Assembly (NCBI GenBank): GCA_964607485.1
Contig: CAZSKP010000017.1
Span: 1 to 58,732 of the forward strand
DNA length: 58,732 bases
Direction: 5' to 3'
Origin: an uncultured bacterium
GTDB lineage: Bacteria; Abyssobacteria; SURF-5
In this document: in pieces, positions 11,738 to 21,479 of the stretch
Position numbering within the stretch: position 1 is the first letter of the stretch
Layout of the letters: every line of letters begins with the position of its first letter
The notes under the pieces: generated by a model
What the model saw: only the letters and a program-made list of their open reading frames with translations
Told to the model about the DNA's origin: nothing
The model's database searches: none
Position numbers and translations under genes: made by a program

Positions 11738-13123
11738 TTGGCGTCGTTTCGGATACTCACCTTCGGCTGCAAGGTGAACCAGTGCGACTCGCAGATCCTG
11801 CGTGAGACGCTCACCTCATGGGGTCTCGCAGAGACAAGCCTCACGGAGGCTGGGCTCGCCGAAACCGGGGCCGAGCCGGAGCCCGACCTCGTCGTCATAA
11901 ATACCTGCACAGTCACGGGCACTGCGGATGCAAAATTTCGCAAGGCGCTTCGAAGGACGAGGCGGGAGCATCCCCGCGCGCTCATCGCGGTCACGGGTTG
12001 CCATGCCAACAAGCCGTCCGATTCCCCCAGCCAATTGCCCGGCGCGGATGTGGTGTTCAGAATGCGGGATTTTTCAGCGCTCGCCGATTTTCTCCGGCGA
12101 CGAGACATGACCGATGCCGACGCCGCCCCGAGCCCGCGCGTGCAGTCATATTTCTCGGAACACACCAGGGCTTTTCTCAAGATTCAGGACGGGTGCGATT
12201 GTTTCTGCGCATATTGCATCGTTCCCATCGTTCGCACGAAGCTCTGGAGCGAAGACCCGGAGAGGGTCGTCGCCGCGATAAACAGCCTCTCGTCGAAGGG
12301 CTACAGGGAGGTCGTGCTGACGGGCATCCACCTCGGCTTCTACGGCCGCGACGAGACCGCACACGATGCGGATGCGTCTGACGGTATAGGGGCGCAGCAT
12401 GCTGCGCCCCTACAATCACAGGGCCGGATTGCCCGAACGTCTCCTCTAACGGATTTGCTCGACAAGGTGGAGCGAGAATGCGAGATCGAGCGCGTCAGGT
12501 TGAGCTCTATCGAGATTAGCGAGGTCTCCGACGAAATGCTGGAGCTCTTTGCGCGTTTCAAAAAGCTCTGCCACCACCTTCACCTTCCCCTCCAGAGTGG
12601 GGACGACGAGATTCTCGGTCGCATGGGTCGGAGATACTCATCCGCTTCTTTCTTGCAACGAATTGAGGAAATCCGGAAGAGAATTCCCGATGTCGGTTTC
12701 ACGACCGATGTGATGGTGGGGTTCCCGGGAGAGACCGACGAACAGTTCGAGCGAACATGCCAGGCGGTTGAGGCGACTGAATTTGCGAAAATCCACGTGT
12801 TCCGTTTCTCGCCGCGTCCGGGAACGAGGGCCGCCGCGATGAACTCTCCCGTGCCTCCGAAGGCAGTCAGCGCGCGGGCCAGACACCTCATTCGGGTGGG
12901 CGAAGATGCGGCACGGAGCTTCAAGAGAGGTCTTATCGGAAAGACTGTCCACGTGCTGGTCGAACAGCTTGCAGACGACGGAAGCTCCTGTATCGGCCTC
13001 GCTTCTAACTACATAAGGGTCAAAGCGTTGAACGGTTCCCCCGATTGCGTTAACCGGGTCCTGCCCGTCCGCCTCACCGGGCTCGATGCCCGCACGGGCA
13101 TTGCCATCGGGCAGGTAATCTGA
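11738..13123 (+). CDS. mtaB: tRNA methylthiotransferase MtaB (radical SAM)
   Basis: TFGCKVNQCDS, INTCTVT, GC, KIQDGCDCFCAYCIVP, LTGIHLG, HVFRFSPRPGT; conserved position after rsmE. Confidence 0.9.
   Translation: MASFRILTFGCKVNQCDSQILRETLTSWGLAETSLTEAGLAETGAEPEPDLVVINTCTVTGTADAKFRKALRRTRREHPRALIAVTGCHANKPSDSPSQLPGADVVFRMRDFSALADFLRRRDMTDADAAPSPRVQSYFSEHTRAFLKIQDGCDCFCAYCIVPIVRTKLWSEDPERVVAAINSLSSKGYREVVLTGIHLGFYGRDETAHDADASDGIGAQHAAPLQSQGRIARTSPLTDLLDKVERECEIERVRLSSIEISEVSDEMLELFARFKKLCHHLHLPLQSGDDEILGRMGRRYSSASFLQRIEEIRKRIPDVGFTTDVMVGFPGETDEQFERTCQAVEATEFAKIHVFRFSPRPGTRAAAMNSPVPPKAVSARARHLIRVGEDAARSFKRGLIGKTVHVLVEQLADDGSSCIGLASNYIRVKALNGSPDCVNRVLPVRLTGLDARTGIAIGQVI
12387..12413 (-). repeat. 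Perfect REP-like palindrome inside mtaB
   Basis: TAGGGGCGCAGCATGCTGCGCCCCTA (12387-12412) is its own reverse complement; minus strand begins GTAG. Confidence 0.85.
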
Positions 13124-13150
13124 CAGATTAGGCCAAAGGAGGGTTTTGGA

Positions 13151-13495
13151 ATGTCGGACTGCATTTTCTGCAAGATCGCCAGCGGAGAGATTAAGTCGGA
13201 TAAGGTCTATGAGGACAGTTCGCTTCTCGCGTTTAGGGACATTCAGCCGCAGGCGCCGACGCATATCGTGATCATTCCTAAGAAGCATGTCCCGACAATG
13301 AACGACCTCACCGAATCCGACTCGGAGTTGCTCTCGGGCCTTTTGCTCGCGTGTCAGAAGATAGCGAAGGATGAAAAGCTCTCGGAGAGAGGCTACAGGG
13401 TCGTAATAAACTGTAACAAAGATGGAGGCCAGGCGGTATTCCATCTCCATGCCCACCTTCTCGGCGGTCGCCACATGAGTTGGCCCCCCGGCTAA
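13151..13495 (+). CDS. hinT: Histidine triad (HIT) nucleotide-binding protein
   Basis: DCIFCKI, FRDIQPQAPTH, GQAVFHLHAHLLGGR, WPPG. Confidence 0.92.
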   Translation: MSDCIFCKIASGEIKSDKVYEDSSLLAFRDIQPQAPTHIVIIPKKHVPTMNDLTESDSELLSGLLLACQKIAKDEKLSERGYRVVINCNKDGGQAVFHLHAHLLGGRHMSWPPG

Positions 13496-13524
13496 TTTTC
13501 GCAAAAACATACCGGCCGGTTTGT

Positions 13525-13553
13525 TTGACAAAAGTGCGATTTTGTGGTAGAAT
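13525..13553 (+). promoter_or_regulatory. Sigma70 promoter for NIF3-dnaG-rpoD unit
   Basis: TTGACA-17 bp-TAGAAT with extended TG. Confidence 0.8.
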
Positions 13554-13558
13554 TCCGT

Positions 13559-14566
13559 GTGCGAGAAAAAAGCACCCTGACCCTCGGAAAAGTTTATAAC
13601 TTCGCTATTGAGTGGGGCATACGACATGACCCGAGGGGCAGGAAAATCGTTAATTCCCTTCTCCAAAAACAGCGCAAAGACTACGAAAAACTCGACCGGA
13701 AGCAGAAGGAACTCTTCGACAAAGAAAAATTCTCGAACCCTTATTCCGACACCCGAATTCTTTTTGGAGAGCCTGATAAACGGGCACGTTCCTTGCTCGT
13801 GGGCATCGATATAGAAATCGGGGAGGTGATGCTCGCCGATAGACTGCGCGACAACGGAAAAGCCATCGATCTCATGTTGGCCCATCACCCCGAAGGCAGG
13901 GCGATGGCCAATTTTTATGAGGTCATGGAGATGCAGGCCGACATCCTCAATAAATTTGGGGTGCCCATCAACGTTGCCGAGGGGATACTGCAGGACCGGA
14001 TAAAAGAGGTTGAACGCAAGGTATTGCCGGTGAACCACACGCGAGCGGTCGATGCGGCGCGTCTGCTTGACCTCCCGTTTGCTTGTGTTCACACTCCGGC
14101 CGACAATGGCGTGACAGAATATCTGCAGAAGCAATTTGACCGGCGCAAGCCGCCTTTTTTGTCTGATATCATCGATTTCTTGCTCGAAATTCCGGAGTAC
14201 CGCAAACGCGCCGAGACGAATGCCGGGCCGCGAATTATCGCCGGAAGCCCCGGAAACAGGGCGGGCAAGGTTTTTGTGGACATGACCGGCGGCACGGGAG
14301 GCTCGAAGGAGGCCTTCGAAAAGCTGGTTCAGGCCGGGGTGGGAACGATCGTCGGCATGCACATCGGCGAAGAGCATCTGAAGGAAGCCAAGAAATATCA
14401 CGTAAACGTAGTAATTGCAGGTCACATGGCCAGCGACACGCTCGGCTTGAATCTGTTTCTCGACGGACTCATAAAGAAACACGGCCCGGTGGAGATGTTC
14501 GCCTGTTCGGGATTCACGCGCGTGTCGAGGTTTAAGCACGCCTCGCGGCGACGCGGGTCCGGCTGA
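13559..14566 (+). CDS. NIF3 (NGG1p interacting factor 3)-like dinuclear metal protein
   Basis: NPYSDTRIL, LVGIDI, AHHPEG, HTPADN, DMTGGT, GMH, AGHMASDTLGLN; start placed at GTG 13559 because GTG 13544 lies inside the promoter. Confidence 0.78.
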   Translation: MREKSTLTLGKVYNFAIEWGIRHDPRGRKIVNSLLQKQRKDYEKLDRKQKELFDKEKFSNPYSDTRILFGEPDKRARSLLVGIDIEIGEVMLADRLRDNGKAIDLMLAHHPEGRAMANFYEVMEMQADILNKFGVPINVAEGILQDRIKEVERKVLPVNHTRAVDAARLLDLPFACVHTPADNGVTEYLQKQFDRRKPPFLSDIIDFLLEIPEYRKRAETNAGPRIIAGSPGNRAGKVFVDMTGGTGGSKEAFEKLVQAGVGTIVGMHIGEEHLKEAKKYHVNVVIAGHMASDTLGLNLFLDGLIKKHGPVEMFACSGFTRVSRFKHASRRRGSG

Positions 14567-14585
14567 GCTCGGAAGAGTCTGAACA

Positions 14586-16382
14586 ATGGCATACGGTATT
14601 CCACAAGAGACGATCGAGCTTGTCCGCTCTCAGGCCGACATCGTACAGGTGATCTCGGAATATGTGACCCTGAGGAAAGCAGGGGCCAATTACAAGGCAT
14701 GCTGTCCGTTCCACAAAGAAAAGACGCCGTCCTTCGTCGTCAGCCCCGCCAAGCAGCTCTACCACTGCTTCGGGTGCGGTGCGGGCGGCAATGTCATTGG
14801 GTTCCTAATGCGGCAGGAGGGATTCGCCTTCGCCGAGGCTGTCAGATACCTTGCCGAGCGCATGGGCATCCAGATAAAGGAGGTTCAATCCGCCCCCGGG
14901 CAGAAGCAGCTCCGCGAGCGGCTCTTCGAGCTGTATGGGTTCGCAACGGGCTTTTTTCACAAAGGCCTGCTCAACTCGCCTCAGGCCGAGCATGCGCGCA
15001 ACTATTTGGAACAACGAAAGTTATCCGAGGACGCTATCAAACAGTTCTCCCTCGGTTACGCCCCGCCCGGCTGGGATACGTTCCTCAAGGCGGCATCGAA
15101 AAAGGGATTTTCCGAGGATTTGCTGCTTCAGGCCGGGCTCGTCAAAAAGAGCCCTGAGGGTCGGGTATACGACACATTTCGTAACAGGGTGTTGTTTCCC
15201 ATCTGGGCGCTTTCGGGCAAGGTCGTCGCCTTCGGAGGTCGAGCGCTCGAAGAGGACCAGCCGAAATACATCAACTCGCCCGAAACATCGATCTATCAGA
15301 AGGGGCAGCTCCTTTACAACCTGCATCGCGCGAAAAAGCGCGTAGCGGATGAAGGTTCGGTCGTCGTCGTCGAAGGTTACACCGACGTCATAAGGCTGGT
15401 GCTTGGCGGCGTCGAGAACGTCGTGGCCTCTTCAGGGACGGCATTCACACAGGCCCAGGCCCGACTTATCAAGCGATATGCCTCCGAGGTCGTGCTCGTG
15501 TTCGACTCCGATTCGGCGGGCGTCGAGGCCACCCGACGCGGCATCGAGGTACTGCTGGCGGAAGACCTCGACGTCAAGGTGGCCGTTCTCCCATCGGGCA
15601 AGGACCCGGATGAGTTCGTGCTCAAGCAGGGCGCACAGGCGTTTCGCGACGTGGTTTCAGAGGCGGCGAATTTCGTTGAATTTCACGTGAAAAGCGCCCT
15701 TGCCGGCCAAAACGGCGCAAAACTGGAGAACAAGATAAAGACCGCCAACACGCTCGCCTCGCTTGTCGGCAGGATTCCCGACCCTGTCAAGAGGGGGGAA
15801 TATCTCAGGCTGGTGGCGGGACGGCTGGGGATAAATCCGGAAGTATTGCTGCAAGCCTCGCAAAAAAGCGGTTTTGCAGACAAAATAGAAGAGGAGATCA
15901 GGCATTTCGAGAGGCAGCTCAAGCACGAAGAAAAAGAGTGCATGTGGCTGATAAAGCTGTTGTTCGAGCGGCCGGATTGTGTGGGAAGGGTGCGAGAGAA
16001 TATCGACACCGACATGATCCAGAATGAGGGGCTGAGGCATCTGTTCGACACCATTTTCGAACTTGAGGGAAACTGCATCGAAGAGAACGCGGTCCTCGAC
16101 AGGGTTCAAACCGAAGAGGCGCAGCAGATACTCTCTCGGCTGATATTCGAGAAAGCCGGTCCCGAACTGCTGTACCCGCTCGAGTGGTGGATTGCGTTCA
16201 TAAAGAGCCGCCAGGAAGAAAAGAAGCTGAGTGCGTTGTCCAGGGAGATAGCCGAAGCTGAACGCGACGGCGACACGGAGTTGGTCGGGCGATTATTGGC
16301 GCAAAAGCTCAGGATCAACCGAGGTCTGGCCGAAATCAGGAACGAAATGACGGCGATTCCGGTGGACACCCTGGGGAGCTAG
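14586..16382 (+). CDS. dnaG: DNA primase
   Basis: [11 protein letters not shown]...HCFGCGAGG zinc finger, KYINSPET, Toprim [19 protein letters not shown]. Confidence 0.97.
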   Translation: MAYGIPQETIELVRSQADIVQVISEYVTLRKAGANYKACCPFHKEKTPSFVVSPAKQLYHCFGCGAGGNVIGFLMRQEGFAFAEAVRYLAERMGIQIKEVQSAPGQKQLRERLFELYGFATGFFHKGLLNSPQAEHARNYLEQRKLSEDAIKQFSLGYAPPGWDTFLKAASKKGFSEDLLLQAGLVKKSPEGRVYDTFRNRVLFPIWALSGKVVAFGGRALEEDQPKYINSPETSIYQKGQLLYNLHRAKKRVADEGSVVVVEGYTDVIRLVLGGVENVVASSGTAFTQAQARLIKRYASEVVLVFDSDSAGVEATRRGIEVLLAEDLDVKVAVLPSGKDPDEFVLKQGAQAFRDVVSEAANFVEFHVKSALAGQNGAKLENKIKTANTLASLVGRIPDPVKRGEYLRLVAGRLGINPEVLLQASQKSGFADKIEEEIRHFERQLKHEEKECMWLIKLLFERPDCVGRVRENIDTDMIQNEGLRHLFDTIFELEGNCIEENAVLDRVQTEEAQQILSRLIFEKAGPELLYPLEWWIAFIKSRQEEKKLSALSREIAEAERDGDTELVGRLLAQKLRINRGLAEIRNEMTAIPVDTLGS

Positions 16383-16420
16383 CATACAGAATCCTTATTA
16401 TTAGAGGGAGGTCGGAGAGG

Positions 16421-18346
<1,926 letters not shown>

Positions 18347-18370
18347 ACCCAAACGCATAACAAAACTCTC

Positions 18371-18410
18371 GCCGGGGCCCGGCTCAAGGCCGCGCCCCGG
18401 CTTTTCTTTG
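18371..18410 (+). terminator. Intrinsic terminator after rpoD
   Basis: GCCGGGGCCCGGC-TCAAG-GCCGCGCCCCGGC (one mismatch) followed by TTTTCTTTG. Confidence 0.8.
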
Positions 18411-18448
18411 TCCGCGCCTTCACGAGAAATGGTGGTCTTGAAAGAATC

Positions 18449-18478
18449 AGGGCGATAAGGTCGTAACCTTATCGCCCT
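18449..18478 (-). terminator. Hairpin downstream of the minus-strand gene
   Basis: Perfect 13-bp stem AGGGCGATAAGGT-CGTA-ACCTTATCGCCCT; weak U-tract (GATTCTTTC) on minus strand. Confidence 0.55.
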
Positions 18479-18511
18479 TGTCACCTCATCGGTGTGGATT
18501 CGATAGTCGGC

Positions 18512-19168
18512 TCAGGGAGCCATGTGGTAGTTCACCACTTGCTCAAAGAATTCCTCGTACGTTTGGGGGTCTCCCAACTGCATATCACCGCCAAGTCGTC
18601 TCACCTCTCCAATGTATCTTGCATAGTATTTGAGTTCGACTTGCGTTTCCCAGTATCCGCCCTCTTGCTCAGTCAGGTTCAATTCCCAGACTTCCAGACA
18701 GTTCGTGAAGGTGCCGGCCAGAGTTGGCACCGTCACTTCGTCGTCCGTCAGGGCCATCGCGCCAATATTCCATTTTCCGCCCACCTGTATTGTCCAGCTT
18801 AATGTGTCACCGACCGACATGGCGGTTGGCACCAGGATGGGCTCGGACAGCCATCGGACCCCCGGGCCCGGCTCCCAGAGGCCGACGAGGGATGCTTGGT
18901 CACCGTTAAACTCCCAAATATTGCCGGAATCAGCTACCCAGCTCGGGCCGACTTTATCGTACTCCCTCTCCACGAGATAGCCTTGTATTGAATCGTACTT
19001 ATACCCGGAATCAGGGATGCCGTCTTCTGTTTGATCGATGACCCTCCAGCTCCCGGGAGACATTAACATATATTCGGCCAGGTTGTAAGGCCCCTGCGCA
19101 AACGAAGCCGGTGAAACCATGGCAAGCAGCGCAACGGACAAGATTGCTATAATGAAAACCCTCTTCAT
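18512..19168 (-). CDS. Secreted hypothetical protein, beta-rich
   Basis: SD TAAGGAG, signal peptide MKRVFIIAILSVALLAMVSPASFA, VTVPTLAGTFTNCLEV and YYARYIGEVR motifs common in uncharacterised secreted beta-barrel proteins. Confidence 0.75.
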   Translation of the reverse strand: MKRVFIIAILSVALLAMVSPASFAQGPYNLAEYMLMSPGSWRVIDQTEDGIPDSGYKYDSIQGYLVEREYDKVGPSWVADSGNIWEFNGDQASLVGLWEPGPGVRWLSEPILVPTAMSVGDTLSWTIQVGGKWNIGAMALTDDEVTVPTLAGTFTNCLEVWELNLTEQEGGYWETQVELKYYARYIGEVRRLGGDMQLGDPQTYEEFFEQVVNYHMAP

Positions 19169-19404
19169 TGTTTTGATCTCCTTATTCTCTTAATGTTGCG
19201 TTGCAGGAATTTGTTGCATCAAGGCGCTGCTGCTTGCATATAAAGGGAGGATCTCGCCCGACCATCGCGACTCGCCTTCCCTTCAGATTCATCGATCTCC
19301 TCGGCGATGTTGAATGTCTGAGAGAAAGTCTTTCTGCCTCTTCCGTTCAATAGGGGTGTATAGAAGAGAGCGAACCCAAAATCTCCCTTTTTGAAATCGG
19401 CGGA

Positions 19405-19433
19405 ATCTTATCACATGATTAGAAACCAGTCAA
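19405..19433 (-). promoter_or_regulatory. Sigma70-type promoter (minus strand)
   Basis: TTGACT-17 bp-TAAGAT with extended TG on the minus strand. Confidence 0.6.
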
Positions 19434-19727
19434 CACGAATTTGTCAATTGGCGCTTCCATTCTCTTCTCCGCCTCTCATTGCGTAAAGGGAGAAACGGTT
19501 CGATCAGGTCAAGCCGCTCGGCGGCGCCCTCAAGAAGACTGGTCGCGCTCTGCAAATTGCTCCCTTTCAACTATCTGCAAGCGCTTGGGGTAAACCGCGC
19601 AGATGTCTCGGCTTACAGAACGCAATCGTGCGGGACTGCTCTTTTTTTGCCACCCCTAAACGTACAATCGAGCCCCTGTAAACATATAAGATGGTATTAT
19701 GATTAGACTTACATAAGCTTTCCTTGC

Positions 19728-19744
19728 TTGGCACCGTTATTGCT
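19728..19744 (+). promoter_or_regulatory. Sigma54 (-24/-12) promoter
   Basis: TTGGCACCGTTATTGCT: GG-N10-GC, matches TGGCAC-N5-TTGCW; preceded by AT-rich tract 19680-19720. Confidence 0.7.
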
Positions 19745-19928
19745 CCGGTGAACAGAGCGTGAAGTGCGCGGCGTGCATCAACGCCGCAGTCGTACGAGAT
19801 AGACAAGGGACAAGAATTGCACGGCACAACAAAGGCGTGTCGAAAACAGGCGGTTGAACTCTTCAGTCCAGATTTGCTCGCCGCACCTTCGGCATCTCAC
19901 GCGGGGATAGAGGGAAAGGAAAACGCTT

Positions 19929-21371
19929 GTGAACACGAGGCTGGGCGACTTCTTGCTCGAACAGGGACTTGTGTCCCAGAAGCAGCTTGAGGATGCCCTT
20001 GCGAAACAGAAAGAAATTCTGAAGCCGCTTGGCGAAGTCCTGCTCGAGATGAAGTTCCTCAGCGAGACGGGGCTCGCCCACGCGCTGGCCGAACAGTTGA
20101 ACATACCGTACGTCGATCTTTTCACAACCCCCTTGCAGGCCAACGCCGTCGACCTCATTCCCGAACACTTGGCCAGAAAATACAAGTGTATTCCCGTTCG
20201 GATAAACAACAGCTTTCTCGACGTGGCCATGTGCGACCCGATGGACTTGGACGCGCTCGAAGAGCTATCAAAGACGGCCAAACTCGAAATCAATCCGCTG
20301 ATTTCCACCCGCGCGGACATTCTGGAATCCATAGAGCTGCAGTATTTCACCCGCAACTACCGCGTCTCCCATGCCCAGAAACTGGAGAATGAAATCCGGA
20401 GGGAAATCGAGGATGAGAAGGCTTCGGAGAAAGAGGCACGGATTTTCGCAATCATCTCCAACAAGGGTGGTGTCGGCAAGACACACACCGCGGTCAACCT
20501 CGCATCCGCTTTTTCTGCGATGAATATCAAGACTCTCCTCATAGACATCGACCTCGGCAATGCCAACGTCGGTGTCAAGGTGGGCATCCATCCTAAGCAC
20601 ACTCTCATGGACTTCTTGAACAAGGAGAAGGATATTTACGAAATACTCACCGAGACCCAATACGGGTTTGATTTCATAGGCGGCCAGTCGGGTGAATACA
20701 AGCTTGCGAACCTCGTGTACGTGCAAAAGCTGAAATTCATCCGCAACTTCCGCGAGGTGAGCAGGGACTACGAGGTGGTCGTCTTCGACCTCGGCGCCGG
20801 AATCGATGACACCGTGCTCGACTTCGCGCTTGCGGCAAATGAGGTAATCATCATCACCACGCCGCAGGACATCGTTTCCGGTTACGCCTGCCTGAAGGCG
20901 AGCTATTTTCGATTCAAAGACATCGAGCTGAGACTCGAGAAGAAGATGAAGACATACGAGATGAAGGACAGCTTTTCGCCCAAGTTCATCATCAATCAGG
21001 TGGATTCGATGGAAATGGGGCAGAAGGTGTTCAACAAAATTTGCGCCACCGCGCACAAACACTTCAACAACGATACCCAGTTCAAGCTCGACGTGGGCTA
21101 CCTGGGCTTTGTACCCTATGACCGGCCGACATTCAGACAAACCGAAAAAATGAGAAAGCCTTACATCATCGCTTTTCCCGATCGTCCGGTCACGAAATGC
21201 ATCCGCCACATCGCCTCGGAACTCCTGAAGCCGCCCTCCTTGCGGGAGTCGTTGCCGGTATCGAGCGCGGCCTCCCATCTGGCAGCTCAAGAATCGGGAA
21301 AGTCTTCAAGGCAGCAACCCTCGAAGGGCAGCTTCCACCGCTTCGTCGAGATACTGAAGATGAAGTTCTAG
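19929..21371 (+). CDS. MshEN (c-di-GMP-binding) domain fused to MinD/FlhG-type P-loop ATPase
   Basis: RLGDFLLEQGLVSQKQLEDALAKQ motif plus T2SSE_N remainder (IPEHLARKYKCIPV...VAMCDP); deviant Walker A KGGVGKT, DIDLGNAN, DLGAGI; amphipathic C-terminus. Confidence 0.85.
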   Translation: MNTRLGDFLLEQGLVSQKQLEDALAKQKEILKPLGEVLLEMKFLSETGLAHALAEQLNIPYVDLFTTPLQANAVDLIPEHLARKYKCIPVRINNSFLDVAMCDPMDLDALEELSKTAKLEINPLISTRADILESIELQYFTRNYRVSHAQKLENEIRREIEDEKASEKEARIFAIISNKGGVGKTHTAVNLASAFSAMNIKTLLIDIDLGNANVGVKVGIHPKHTLMDFLNKEKDIYEILTETQYGFDFIGGQSGEYKLANLVYVQKLKFIRNFREVSRDYEVVVFDLGAGIDDTVLDFALAANEVIIITTPQDIVSGYACLKASYFRFKDIELRLEKKMKTYEMKDSFSPKFIINQVDSMEMGQKVFNKICATAHKHFNNDTQFKLDVGYLGFVPYDRPTFRQTEKMRKPYIIAFPDRPVTKCIRHIASELLKPPSLRESLPVSSAASHLAAQESGKSSRQQPSKGSFHRFVEILKMKF

Positions 21372-21479
21372 TCTGTTCCATTCTCGCTGAAACATCGTTC
21401 ATTCCTGCCTTTACGCCCGCCCTGGTTCCCTTGCAACCGGCGTAGATATCTGTTATGCTGGGCGCGGAAAGCCAGATCT

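Noticed and set aside
12638-14539. 633-aa minus-strand ORF
   Set aside because: Antisense shadow of mtaB, HIT and NIF3 genes; no motifs; expected in GC-rich DNA.
19480-19920. c-di-GMP riboswitch upstream of the MshEN gene
   Set aside because: GGTAAACC and GGGAC fragments occur, but I could not build the two-hairpin GEMM structure; needs an Infernal search.
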